Below are positions 37,175-46,554 of a stretch of DNA of 64,000 bases, one piece after another. Positions within the stretch are counted from its first letter, which is position 1, and the number at the start of each line of letters is the position of its first letter. The DNA comes from an uncultured virus (IMG/VR IMGVR_UViG_3300031612_000001). Its lineage: Duplodnaviria; Heunggongvirae; Uroviricota; Caudoviricetes. A program made the position numbers and the translations under genes. The stretch lies in IMG/VR virus record IMGVR_UViG_3300031612_000001; one strand, given 5' to 3'. The notes beneath the pieces were generated by a model. It was given only the letters and a program-made list of their open reading frames with translations, was not told the origin of the DNA and did no database searches.

Positions 37175-39697
37175 ATGAATTTTTACACCAGCGTTACTCG
37201 CTACGGCAATATGATCCTCTATCGTGGATATGAAAACGGTAAGAAAGTTAGTCACAAAATCAAATACGCTCCTACGTTATTTGTCTCTTCACCAAAAGGT
37301 GATTGGTCATCTCTCGACGGAGTTAAATGCGCACCCCTTAAATTCGACACCATGCGTGATGCGAAAAACTGGGTCGGCGAAAACAAAGAGGTTGCAGGTC
37401 GTAAGATCTTTGGCAACACTCGATACATATCAACATTCATTAACGAATACTTTCCAGGCACAATCAAATTCGATCGTAATCTTATTAACGTAACTACTAT
37501 CGATATTGAGGTTGCTTCTGATGATGGATTTCCAGAGCCAATAGATGCGGCAAAGGAAGTAACTGCAATTTGTGTTAAGAACAATATAGACAATACTTAC
37601 TACGTATTTGGCGTTGGTGATTATGACGTTGAGAATTCTTTAATGAAAACTCATAGAGTTGTATATACCAAGTGCTTAAACGAAGTACATCTACTTCAAA
37701 TGTTCTTATCCCATTGGTCTACACCATCTCATACACCTGATGTTATAACTGGTTGGAATAGTAGATTCTTCGATATACCTTATCTTGTAAATAGAATTAA
37801 TCGTTTACTTCCAGGAGAACAACGTAAGTTATCTCCATGGGGAATGGTTGACGAAAGAATAATTAATGTCATGCAACGTAAACAGCAAACATACGAAATT
37901 GGTGGCATCGAACATCTTGATTACCTTGAACTATTTAAAAAGTTTGGTTACTCTTATGGTCCACAAGAAACATATCGTCTCGATCACATTGCTAATGTTG
38001 TCCTAGGCGAAAAGAAACTATCGTATGAAGAACATGGAGATCTATTTAGTTTATACAAATTTGATTATCAAAAGTTTATTGATTATAATATCAAAGACGT
38101 TGAGCTAGTTGATCGTATAGAAGACAAGACAGGTCTTATTACTCTTGCTATGACTATGGGTTATAAGGGTGGCGTTAACTACGGTGATACATTTGGCACA
38201 ACTGCTATATGGGATACAATCATCTATAGAGATCTATACGCAAATAAAATTGCTATACCATTCGCTGAAGAAAAGTTTAAAACACCATATCCTGGTGGCT
38301 ATGTTAAAGAACCTCAAGTTGGATTACATCGTAATGTAGTTTCTTTTGATTTAAACTCTCTTTATCCATCACTTATTATGCAATATAATATGTCTCCAGA
38401 AACTATTATCAGTGGTAAAGTATCATCACACGTTACGGTAGACAATGTCTTATCTGGCTCTAGGCCAATGATTGAACCTAATGAATGTATCTCAGTTGGT
38501 GGCCAGCATTTTAATACAAGTAACAAAGGTGTGTTACCTAAAATAATAAACGACTTATACGAAGAACGTACAATCATAAAGCAAAGCATGCTTAAAGCAC
38601 AAAAGGAATTACAGAAGGTAAACAAAAATGATAAACAAGAATTATACAGAATCGAAAGAGATATTGCGATTAACGAAAACCAGCAAATGTCGATTAAAAT
38701 TCTCCTTAATTCTCTTTATGGTGCTCTCGGTAATAAGTACTTCAGATTCTTCGACCAACGAATTGCAGAAGGAATCACTCTTACAGGACAGCTTACAATT
38801 CGATGGGCTGAACAAGCAGTCAATGGTTATATCAATAAACTGCTTAACTCGCCAAATGGAAATAGTCCCAAGGATTACGTTATTGCAATTGACACCGACA
38901 GTGTGTATGTTAGCTTAGACGAATTAGTTAAAAAGTTTAATCCAACAAACGTTACTGATTTCTTAGATTCAGTTTGCCAAGACAAGATCGTACCAATGCT
39001 TGCTAAGTCATATGAAAATCTATATGCTACCTTAGGTGGTATCGAAAACAAAATGGTTATGGATCGTGAAGTAATTGCTGATGTAGGAATATGGACTGCT
39101 AAGAAACGTTACATTCTAAATGTACAAGACAATGAAGGTGTACGTTACGCTGAACCTAAACTTAAGATCATGGGAATCGAAGCTATTAAATCTTCTACTC
39201 CTATGCCATGTCGAGATGCTCTTAAAGCTATCTTCAAAGAAATAGTATCAGGCAGTGAAGCTCAAGTCCAAGCATCGATCGATCAATTTAAAACATATTT
39301 CAAATCACTAGCACCACACGAAATTGCATTCCCACGTGGCATTACTAAAATTGCAGCCTTTAAAGATCTACAAACGATCTATAAGAAGGGCACACCAATT
39401 CATGCAAGAGGTGGGTTACTATATAATAAGCTATTGCTTGACTTATCTCTACAAAAGAAACATCAACCAATTGGCAACGGAGAAAAGATTAAGTTCGTAT
39501 ATCTTCGTACACCAAATAGTCTTCATGAAAATGTTATATCATTTCCTGAATACTTACCAGAAGAATTCGGATTGCATAAGTACGTTGATTATGACATGCA
39601 ATTCCAAAAGACTTTCTTAGATGCTATCGAACCAGTGCTCAATGCAATTGGTTGGTCATCCAAGGAGATAGCTACTTTAAATGATTTTTTTGAATAA
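37175..39697 (+). CDS. gp43: family B DNA polymerase gp43
   Basis: DIEV exonuclease motif; SFDLNSLYPS; KILLNSLYGALGN; DTDS; KKRY. Confidence 0.97.
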   Translation: MNFYTSVTRYGNMILYRGYENGKKVSHKIKYAPTLFVSSPKGDWSSLDGVKCAPLKFDTMRDAKNWVGENKEVAGRKIFGNTRYISTFINEYFPGTIKFDRNLINVTTIDIEVASDDGFPEPIDAAKEVTAICVKNNIDNTYYVFGVGDYDVENSLMKTHRVVYTKCLNEVHLLQMFLSHWSTPSHTPDVITGWNSRFFDIPYLVNRINRLLPGEQRKLSPWGMVDERIINVMQRKQQTYEIGGIEHLDYLELFKKFGYSYGPQETYRLDHIANVVLGEKKLSYEEHGDLFSLYKFDYQKFIDYNIKDVELVDRIEDKTGLITLAMTMGYKGGVNYGDTFGTTAIWDTIIYRDLYANKIAIPFAEEKFKTPYPGGYVKEPQVGLHRNVVSFDLNSLYPSLIMQYNMSPETIISGKVSSHVTVDNVLSGSRPMIEPNECISVGGQHFNTSNKGVLPKIINDLYEERTIIKQSMLKAQKELQKVNKNDKQELYRIERDIAINENQQMSIKILLNSLYGALGNKYFRFFDQRIAEGITLTGQLTIRWAEQAVNGYINKLLNSPNGNSPKDYVIAIDTDSVYVSLDELVKKFNPTNVTDFLDSVCQDKIVPMLAKSYENLYATLGGIENKMVMDREVIADVGIWTAKKRYILNVQDNEGVRYAEPKLKIMGIEAIKSSTPMPCRDALKAIFKEIVSGSEAQVQASIDQFKTYFKSLAPHEIAFPRGITKIAAFKDLQTIYKKGTPIHARGGLLYNKLLLDLSLQKKHQPIGNGEKIKFVYLRTPNSLHENVISFPEYLPEEFGLHKYVDYDMQFQKTFLDAIEPVLNAIGWSSKEIATLNDFFE

Positions 39698-39702
39698 AGT
39701 AG

Positions 39703-39731
39703 TGTACATACACTTAAAACTGTGTTATAAT
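39703..39731 (+). promoter_or_regulatory. early promoter
   Basis: TGTACA-17 nt-TATAAT. Confidence 0.8.
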
Positions 39732-39751
39732 ATACCATATATGGAGAAAAT

Positions 39752-40054
39752 ATGAAAAATATAAAATTAGTCAGATTAACATCAGGTGAAGAACTCATCG
39801 CAAACGTTGATCTAAACGGTATCGATACTGATACAATTATACTTAAGGATGCAATCGTTCTTATTCCAGCTGGAGAAGGTAAACTAGGCTTTATGCCATT
39901 TATGCCTTATACAAAAGCCAGGGAAGGATTTGAAGTTGATTTGAAATTCGTTATGTTTATGGTTGACCCAGTAGAAGATCTAGTTAAACAACATGCTGGC
40001 GCAACAAGTCCTATCGACTTATCTGCTTCTGCACCTTCTGGGATTATTACATAA
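39752..40054 (+). CDS. conserved hypothetical protein (Sm-like fold likely)
   Basis: IKLVRLTSGEELIA...GFMPFMPY pattern common in T4-like marine phages. Confidence 0.6.
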   Translation: MKNIKLVRLTSGEELIANVDLNGIDTDTIILKDAIVLIPAGEGKLGFMPFMPYTKAREGFEVDLKFVMFMVDPVEDLVKQHAGATSPIDLSASAPSGIIT

Positions 40055-40458
40055 TGAGTAAGGATTGGGTAAAAGATATTCACGTTATGCAAGCTAAATA
40101 TCTTACGCGACAATGGGTTGAAACTAATCCAGATAAACTCAAAGAATTCTTAGAATTTAGAGTTGATTTTCTTAAAGAAGAATTGATGGAAACTAAAAAA
40201 GCTACTACTGAAAACGATCCTGAAGAAATCGTTGATGGTCTTATCGACTTATGTGTAGTAGCAATTGGTACTCTTGATGCTTTTGGAGTAGATCCTTATA
40301 AAGCATGGGATGCAGTACTCGAAGCTAATATGAATAAAGAAGTTGGTAAAAAACCCTCAAGGCCTAACCCTTTGGGAGTGCCAGATTTAATTAAGCCAGA
40401 AGGCTGGGAAGCACCGTCACACAATGGAAACCATGGTAAGTTTAACAATATTCGATAA
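40054..40458 (+). CDS. MazG-like all-alpha NTP pyrophosphohydrolase
   Basis: EELME...EIVDGLID...ANMNK...KPEGW pattern. Confidence 0.8.
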   Translation: MSKDWVKDIHVMQAKYLTRQWVETNPDKLKEFLEFRVDFLKEELMETKKATTENDPEEIVDGLIDLCVVAIGTLDAFGVDPYKAWDAVLEANMNKEVGKKPSRPNPLGVPDLIKPEGWEAPSHNGNHGKFNNIR

Positions 40459-41329
40459 CATATACGATAACAAAACGTTAAAGAGAATGGATTATGATTC
40501 TTTTGATGAGTTTGCTGCCGTGTTATTCAAGCTTGCAAAAAGTACAAAGTATCCTACTAAGAAGGATGCTCCGCTCATAAGTCCCGCAATCTATACTAAA
40601 GATTCGACAAGATCGAATGCTTCAGTTATTTCGTGGGCTGGTTGGTGCGCAGTTGATGTCGATACTGCAGTTGAAGGTGAGCCATGGAAGGCCTACAGCC
40701 ATATTCAATATAGTACTGCATCTTCTACGAAAGAGTTACCAAAGTTTAGATTAGTGTTTCCACTATCACGTTGGGTTGACAATACAGAGATCAAGCATTT
40801 CTGGTATGCCTTAAACAAAGAAATGGGAGAGATTGGTGATATACAAACTAAAGATTTATCTCGTATGTATTATATACCAGCAACATATGATGGCGCTAAC
40901 AACTTTATAAACAAGTTTAATGAAGGCCTCATGATGGATCCGGATAAAATAATGGCTAAGCATAAGTTTGTTTCAAACGATCCTATGTCAAAATGGCCTG
41001 AAGCTATTCGTAAAGGAATCATTGAACACACTAAGAAAAGTTTAAACAATACTAGTTATACATGGACAGGATATAAAGATTGTCCATTCGTTAATCAAAG
41101 AAAAGTAGATGAGTATAAAGCTCAGTCAGATGGTTGGTACTATTCAATGTATCAACTTATGGTATCGATTGCAGGTAATGCAATTAGTAAAGGTTATCCA
41201 ATAACTTCGAAAGAAGTAGAATATCTCATAAGAGATCTGGATAGTGAAACCGGTAATTGGTATGTCAAAAGACCAATCACTAAAGAAGCTGAAAGAGCAA
41301 TTGAGTTCGTATTCAGTAAAAACATATAG
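40424..41329 (+). CDS. archaeo-eukaryotic primase (AEP/PrimPol)-like protein
   Basis: LISPA...R...AVDVD (DxD); YSTAS; KFRLVFPL; D...RMYY; C-terminal helical domain. Confidence 0.7.
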   Translation: METMVSLTIFDNIYDNKTLKRMDYDSFDEFAAVLFKLAKSTKYPTKKDAPLISPAIYTKDSTRSNASVISWAGWCAVDVDTAVEGEPWKAYSHIQYSTASSTKELPKFRLVFPLSRWVDNTEIKHFWYALNKEMGEIGDIQTKDLSRMYYIPATYDGANNFINKFNEGLMMDPDKIMAKHKFVSNDPMSKWPEAIRKGIIEHTKKSLNNTSYTWTGYKDCPFVNQRKVDEYKAQSDGWYYSMYQLMVSIAGNAISKGYPITSKEVEYLIRDLDSETGNWYVKRPITKEAERAIEFVFSKNI

Positions 41330-41338
41330 GAAAATATT

Positions 41339-41872
41339 GTGATGTTTGATAAATTTGAAGAAATAACTATGAAGATTTTAATTTGGGTTTGCGTCTTAGC
41401 ATGGCCAGTATTGGTATTGTTTTTAATGTTTGCTCCAATGGCAAATGCATCAGATGAAAATGGCGACAGATATTGTTTAGCTCAGAATATATACTTCGAA
41501 GCAGCCAATCAACCTTTAGCAGGAAGACTCGCAGTAGCACAAGTAGTATTGAATAGAGCTGCTGATAATCAGTTTCCCGATTCAATCTGTGATGTTGTAT
41601 ACCAAGCTAAGATAGGAACAAACTGGAAAGGTAATGAATATCCAATCAGAAACATGTGTCAGTTCAGTTGGTTCTGTGATGGCAAATCTGATGAGCCAAC
41701 CGATTCAGTCACATGGATGGATTCTCTACGAGTAGCTGATATGGTCATATACGAACAAGCCATTGATTTGACTGAAGGGGCTTTATGGTATCACAACGAT
41801 CAAGTAGATCCGTATTGGAATGATTACCTTACACAAACTATAACTATTAATAACCACATATTCTACAAATGA
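41339..41872 (+). CDS. SleB-like cell wall hydrolase (Hydrolase_2)
   Basis: CLAQNIYFEA, AVAQVVLNR, CQFSW and HIFY motifs; N-terminal TM segment. Confidence 0.9.
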   Translation: MMFDKFEEITMKILIWVCVLAWPVLVLFLMFAPMANASDENGDRYCLAQNIYFEAANQPLAGRLAVAQVVLNRAADNQFPDSICDVVYQAKIGTNWKGNEYPIRNMCQFSWFCDGKSDEPTDSVTWMDSLRVADMVIYEQAIDLTEGALWYHNDQVDPYWNDYLTQTITINNHIFYK

Positions 41873-42357
41873 GAAATTTTAACTTAACAGAAATCGACTA
41901 CGATGCTTGGCATAGCCGTTCTATAGAAGAAGCCAATTTAACTAGAACCAATAAAAGCTTTAAAGAGTCAAAGCAATTTACAAATGGTATGTGGATTAAA
42001 AGAACGTATGACCATTTAGTATGGCAAACTAAAAGAGGCCAAGCTGCAGAGCAATTCTTAATGACTCACTGCGGTTATTCAGACGACGACGGAAAATGCA
42101 GAGATGTACGTAATCCTCTTGGAGAGTCTGTTGAAGTCAAAGTTATAGGTGATATGAATTATCTAGAAAGTAACCTTATTAAATGGGGAGAACTTGTAAA
42201 GCTAGCTTGGACCGGCTGGCCAACAATTCTAGAAGTATGGCATAGTCCATCAAAGACACAAGGCGTATATAACCCAGAGTATAAGTACGTTGGTAGATAC
42301 CATTGGAACACTACAGTTGGTAGTAAGTTCTATCAATCATGGGTCAAACAAAATTAA
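41869..42357 (+). CDS. hypothetical protein, possible PD-(D/E)XK nuclease
   Basis: GQAAE...RD...VEVK pattern. Confidence 0.45.
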   Translation: MRNFNLTEIDYDAWHSRSIEEANLTRTNKSFKESKQFTNGMWIKRTYDHLVWQTKRGQAAEQFLMTHCGYSDDDGKCRDVRNPLGESVEVKVIGDMNYLESNLIKWGELVKLAWTGWPTILEVWHSPSKTQGVYNPEYKYVGRYHWNTTVGSKFYQSWVKQN

Positions 42358-42365
42358 AAAAAGAG

Positions 42366-42394
42366 TGTACATTTGCTGTATACTATGATATAAT
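42366..42394 (+). promoter_or_regulatory. early promoter heading the DNA-modification operon
   Basis: TGTACA-17 nt-TATAAT. Confidence 0.8.
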
Positions 42395-42418
42395 AGATAT
42401 ATTATTTAAGGAATTGAT

Positions 42419-42787
42419 ATGAAAGAAAGTTTAAAAGTTTTACAAGAGTGTGCTGAATTACAAGCTAGAAAATCTGATGATTACCAGAATCAGGAATCTA
42501 ACGTTACTCAAGCAATGCATTATCGCAGAGGTGTAGATAGTATACACGATATTATAAACGGTAAAATGTTACGAGCACAATCGCTGCTCGAAGCAGGCCA
42601 ACATGGTGACCCAAATTTTGAGTCCCTAGAAGATACCTACAAGGATATGATTAATTACGCATCCTTTGCAGTATCATTTATGCGTGGCAAAATGGAAGGT
42701 CAAGATCCTAACCGTGATTGCTTTAATAGACAAGCTAGACCTTTAGCAAGACCAAGTCACGAAACTGACGAGTGGGAAAGAACATGA
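42419..42787 (+). CDS. nucleotide-modification-associated domain protein (Nmad1/DUF1599-like)
   Basis: RKSDDY...KMLR...ESLEDTYKDMINYA pattern; directly upstream of the hydroxymethylase. Confidence 0.65.
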   Translation: MKESLKVLQECAELQARKSDDYQNQESNVTQAMHYRRGVDSIHDIINGKMLRAQSLLEAGQHGDPNFESLEDTYKDMINYASFAVSFMRGKMEGQDPNRDCFNRQARPLARPSHETDEWERT

Positions 42788-43443
42788 TGGAAATACCTGC
42801 AGTAAGACAATACTTTAAAACGCAATTAGCAATGGAACGATTTACTACTGATAGAAATGGTAGTAAAACAATTGAAATGATTGGTGCTTCATTTATAGCA
42901 GATGAACCAGCTATATTTGGTAAACCTAATCAAGAATATATAGATGCTGAATTAGAATGGTACGAAAGCGAATCAACTAATATCACTGATATCTATCCTG
43001 AAGGAGATAAAGAACCACCAAAGGCTTGGCAAGAAACAGCAAATGTTCATGGTGAAATTAATTCCAACTATGGTCATCTAATATACTCTGAAAAATATTA
43101 TAATCAATATGCTCAAGTAGTAGAAGAACTAGATCAAAATCCTGATAGCCGTAGAGCTGCTATGATTTATACACGTCCTAGCATTTGGCTAGAATACAAT
43201 GATCAGTTTAAAAACGATTTCATATGTACCAATGCAGTAACATATTATATTAGAGACGAGAAGCTACACAGTGTAGTTCAAATGAGATCTAATGATGTTA
43301 TCTTTGGTTATAGAAATGATTACGCTTGGCAAAAATATGTTCTAGACAAATTATCATATGATCTATATGTTCAATCTGGTGACATCCATTGGCAAGTACA
43401 GAACTTACATGTATACGAGAGGCATTTCGATTTAGTAAAATGA
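42784..43443 (+). CDS. gp42: dCMP hydroxymethylase (T4 gp42-like)
   Basis: Close match to T4 gp42 as recalled: KTIEMIGASFIADEP, ELEWY, GEINSNYG, NPDSRR, IYTRPS, DFICTN (catalytic Cys), MRSND, RNDYAWQ (Asp for dCMP specificity), LHVYERHF. Confidence 0.92.
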   Translation: MMEIPAVRQYFKTQLAMERFTTDRNGSKTIEMIGASFIADEPAIFGKPNQEYIDAELEWYESESTNITDIYPEGDKEPPKAWQETANVHGEINSNYGHLIYSEKYYNQYAQVVEELDQNPDSRRAAMIYTRPSIWLEYNDQFKNDFICTNAVTYYIRDEKLHSVVQMRSNDVIFGYRNDYAWQKYVLDKLSYDLYVQSGDIHWQVQNLHVYERHFDLVK

Positions 43444-43892
43444 ATAATAATAAATGGTATCCAAGATATTTAGAACTAGCCAAGCTTGTAGCTACATGGA
43501 GTAAAGATCCAAGTACTCAAGTTGGAGCTGTTGCAGTAGGAAATAAAGGTCAAATATTAGCTCAAGGTTATAACGGATATCCTCGAGGATTTGACGATAC
43601 TAACTATGAAAATAAAGAACATAAGTATGCACGTATAGTCCATGCTGAAATGAATTGTATATACAACGCTTCATGGAATGGAGTATCTCTAAATGAAGCT
43701 ACATTGTTTGTTTGGGGATTACCAGTTTGTCATGAATGCGCTAAAGCTATTATCCAAGTTGGAATAAAGACCGTTGTAATACCACTAACCACGCAAGAGA
43801 TTCCGCAAAAATGGGATGACTCTTTTAGATTAACTACTAAATTTTTCGTTGATGCAGGCGTAAAAGTAGAGATACACGATATAAAATTATGA
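43440..43892 (+). CDS. dCMP deaminase
   Basis: SKDPSTQVGAV, GYNG, HAEMN and PVCHECAK zinc motifs. Confidence 0.92.
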   Translation: MNNNKWYPRYLELAKLVATWSKDPSTQVGAVAVGNKGQILAQGYNGYPRGFDDTNYENKEHKYARIVHAEMNCIYNASWNGVSLNEATLFVWGLPVCHECAKAIIQVGIKTVVIPLTTQEIPQKWDDSFRLTTKFFVDAGVKVEIHDIKL

Positions 43893-44182
43893 AAAAATTT
43901 GATGTAAAAGAAATAGAACACAGCAAAAGAATATTTAAATCTGCTACTCCAAAATACACACTTGATTGGTATGTAAAATGGGTGGCATCGGTATTCGTAT
44001 TAGCTGCAATGTCAATACGAGGTATTGATGGTTGGCAACTATATGATTTACTCCTGTCAGCTACGGGTGTAGGTCTATGGACAGTAGTTGCACTGCTTTG
44101 GAAAGATAGAGCATTGATTCTATTAAACTCGGTAGGATTTATACTACTAATAAGAAACTTAATAACGTATATATCCTCATGA
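43889..44182 (+). CDS. small multi-pass membrane protein
   Basis: DWYVKW...WKDRALILLN with three hydrophobic segments. Confidence 0.65.
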   Translation: MKKFDVKEIEHSKRIFKSATPKYTLDWYVKWVASVFVLAAMSIRGIDGWQLYDLLLSATGVGLWTVVALLWKDRALILLNSVGFILLIRNLITYISS

Positions 44183-44625
44183 GATTAGATTATAAGAACG
44201 TCGGAAAGATAGGAATAACATTCTCATGTTTCGATTTATTGCATGCTGGTCATGTCACAATGCTCGAAGAAGCAAAAAGACACTGTGACTATTTAATAGT
44301 AGGATTACAGACAGATCCAAGCATAGACCGACCAGAAAAAAATAAGCCAATCCAATCTATTGTAGAAAGACAAATACAATTAGCTGGACTTAAATACGTA
44401 GATGAGATAGTAACATACCAAACAGAAAATGATATTATGGATTTACTATTAACATTACCTATAAGTGTCAGAGTAGTTGGCGAAGATTACAAGGGAAAAG
44501 AATTCACTGGTAAAGAGCTCTGTATCCAACAGAAAATTAAAATCATATATAATAGTAGGAAGCACAGTTTTAGTACTTCAACATTGAGAGAAAGGTTACA
44601 TGAGAATAGCAATAACAGGAAGTAA
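44179..44625 (+). CDS. tagD: TagD-like (glycerol-3-phosphate) cytidylyltransferase
   Basis: FDLLHAGH (HxGH), LIVGL, ER...YVDE, G.DY and STSTLR motifs. Confidence 0.8.
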   Translation: MRLDYKNVGKIGITFSCFDLLHAGHVTMLEEAKRHCDYLIVGLQTDPSIDRPEKNKPIQSIVERQIQLAGLKYVDEIVTYQTENDIMDLLLTLPISVRVVGEDYKGKEFTGKELCIQQKIKIIYNSRKHSFSTSTLRERLHENSNNRK

Positions 44626-45445
44626 CGGTTACATAGGCAAACGCTTAATAGAAAAATTAAAAGGTAGCGGTCACGATATCTTAGAAATAGATCTTATTAG
44701 GCAGCAAGATTATTACAATCGTGAAGTTAATATTAAAGGTCCAAAGGTATCTTGGAATATCACTACTACACCTTATCATGGTGGATTGCCATGGTGTTGG
44801 ATACAATACGATTGTGTAGTCCATTTAGCAGCTTTAGTTAAAGTTGGTGAAAGCGTTGAAAAGCCATGGGAATACTATAATACTAATATCAATGGTACTC
44901 GAAACGTTATCGAAGCATTTCCAGGAGCTAAATTTATTTTTGCTTCAACAGGTGCAGCTTTTGATCCAACGTCTCCTTATGCAAAATCGAAAGTAGTTGC
45001 AGAAGATATAGTAAGAAGTCTATGTGATGACTATACAGTATTTAGATTCTTTAATGTCGGGGGTGGAAAACCAAATAACCCTGAAGGATTATATGCCGCT
45101 ACGCAAAACGCAATTAAATCTGGTGAGTTTACTATTTGGGGAGATGATTATAATACAAGCGATGGAACATGTGTAAGAGATTACGTACACGTCGATGATA
45201 TATGTAATGCAATTATCCGTGCAATCGATAAGCCTGGAAGCTGGGCTGATTACGAACCATTAGGATCAGGACAATCATACACAGTTAAACAATACATGGA
45301 AACGTTTCTAAAAGTAAACGGTCCATTGTTCGAGCTCAAATACGGACCTCGTAGACCTGGAGATAACGAGTATTCTGCAGTTCCATTTAAGTCAAAATTT
45401 ATAACACCAGAAAAAACATTAGAAGATATAGTGAGGATAACATAA
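44600..45445 (+). CDS. galE: NDP-sugar 4-epimerase (GalE-like)
   Basis: GSNGYIG, HLAA...VGES, YAKSK, RFFNV, DGTCVRDYVHV and RRPGD motifs. Confidence 0.85.
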   Translation: MRIAITGSNGYIGKRLIEKLKGSGHDILEIDLIRQQDYYNREVNIKGPKVSWNITTTPYHGGLPWCWIQYDCVVHLAALVKVGESVEKPWEYYNTNINGTRNVIEAFPGAKFIFASTGAAFDPTSPYAKSKVVAEDIVRSLCDDYTVFRFFNVGGGKPNNPEGLYAATQNAIKSGEFTIWGDDYNTSDGTCVRDYVHVDDICNAIIRAIDKPGSWADYEPLGSGQSYTVKQYMETFLKVNGPLFELKYGPRRPGDNEYSAVPFKSKFITPEKTLEDIVRIT

Positions 45446-46554
45446 TGAAAATATTAATAACCGGAATGAATAAAAATCAAACAACAAAAGATTTCTATTT
45501 AAGACAACAGCTAAAGGTAGTACCATCACACTATTCATTGATTCGATGTTTAGAAGATATGGGACACGAGGTAGAGCAAAGATTAGTAAAGATCGGAGAA
45601 GATCTAGGAGATTATGACAAAGTAATCTGTTTCCTAGCATCACCTAGACAAGCTTTACAATTAGCGTTCTATAATGGACTATGGGCTATTCACGCTACCG
45701 CAAAGCATAACCTTATTCTTGCAATGGATGATTGGCAGACAGAAGATATCTTTAAAGGTATTCAATCATGTACAGATAAGGAATCACTCTTAAAAGAATT
45801 TACCATCGGACAAAACAAGATGTGTGACCCTGATATGTCATATGAACTATTAGAACCACATGCTGAAACTTTGTTAGATGCTGTTAAATTCATTGGAGAG
45901 AAAAGAAGGCCAATGTTGTTATCAGTGTTTATGGGTGGTGACATGTCTAAGCTCATTAATTATCCTGAAGATTTATTAGTAGGATATGATCCTAATCCAT
46001 ATCATAGGAATCGAACTCCTGGAAATAGAGGCGATATCGAAATAGAAGATATGGAATTCATGGAGCAATCTCTGATGCCAAGTATAGAAGAAGATACTAT
46101 TGGACCCGATGAGAAAGCTATGGTCTTTAACTTCGCTTCACTTGTACAAGGTAAAACAAAACGCTGGTTAAAGCAGCAAAACGTTAGTGAGTGGGATATC
46201 GAATTCTTTGGATCTAGAAAAGAAAAACAAAGACGATTACTCGAAAGTGATATGTGTAAAGTATATGCAGAACAATGGGGAAGTTTAATGCCAGGTTACC
46301 CTCATGCAGGTTCAGGTTGGTGGAGAGCTAGACCTTATCAAGTAGCTGATGGTGGTTCTATTCTAATTGGTGAATACGACGAAATGTATTTGCTATATGG
46401 AGACGAATACCTTGCAGGCTTAACTGCTCAAAACCTAGAAGAAATGAATATAGAAGAACTAACTTCTGTAGCAGAACGCCAAAAAGATGCGCTATATAGT
46501 AGGCATCCATTGGATAAAAGAAAGCAACAGAAAGAACTAGGTGTTATTCTGTGA
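45445..46554 (+). CDS. T4 beta-glucosyltransferase-like DNA glycosyltransferase (GT-B)
   Basis: Colinear by eye with T4 BGT as recalled: MKILITGMNKN, VPS...DMGHEV, DYDKVI, Asp at AMDDW, IEFFGSRKEKQ, R.R.YQ....SILI. Confidence 0.7.
   Translation: MKILITGMNKNQTTKDFYLRQQLKVVPSHYSLIRCLEDMGHEVEQRLVKIGEDLGDYDKVICFLASPRQALQLAFYNGLWAIHATAKHNLILAMDDWQTEDIFKGIQSCTDKESLLKEFTIGQNKMCDPDMSYELLEPHAETLLDAVKFIGEKRRPMLLSVFMGGDMSKLINYPEDLLVGYDPNPYHRNRTPGNRGDIEIEDMEFMEQSLMPSIEEDTIGPDEKAMVFNFASLVQGKTKRWLKQQNVSEWDIEFFGSRKEKQRRLLESDMCKVYAEQWGSLMPGYPHAGSGWWRARPYQVADGGSILIGEYDEMYLLYGDEYLAGLTAQNLEEMNIEELTSVAERQKDALYSRHPLDKRKQQKELGVIL

Noticed and set aside
42784..43443. Annotation as thymidylate synthase ThyA or dUMP hydroxymethylase
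   Set aside because: It has Asp in RNDYAW (dCMP-specific position) and close gp42-like motifs; ThyX at 53090 supplies dTMP
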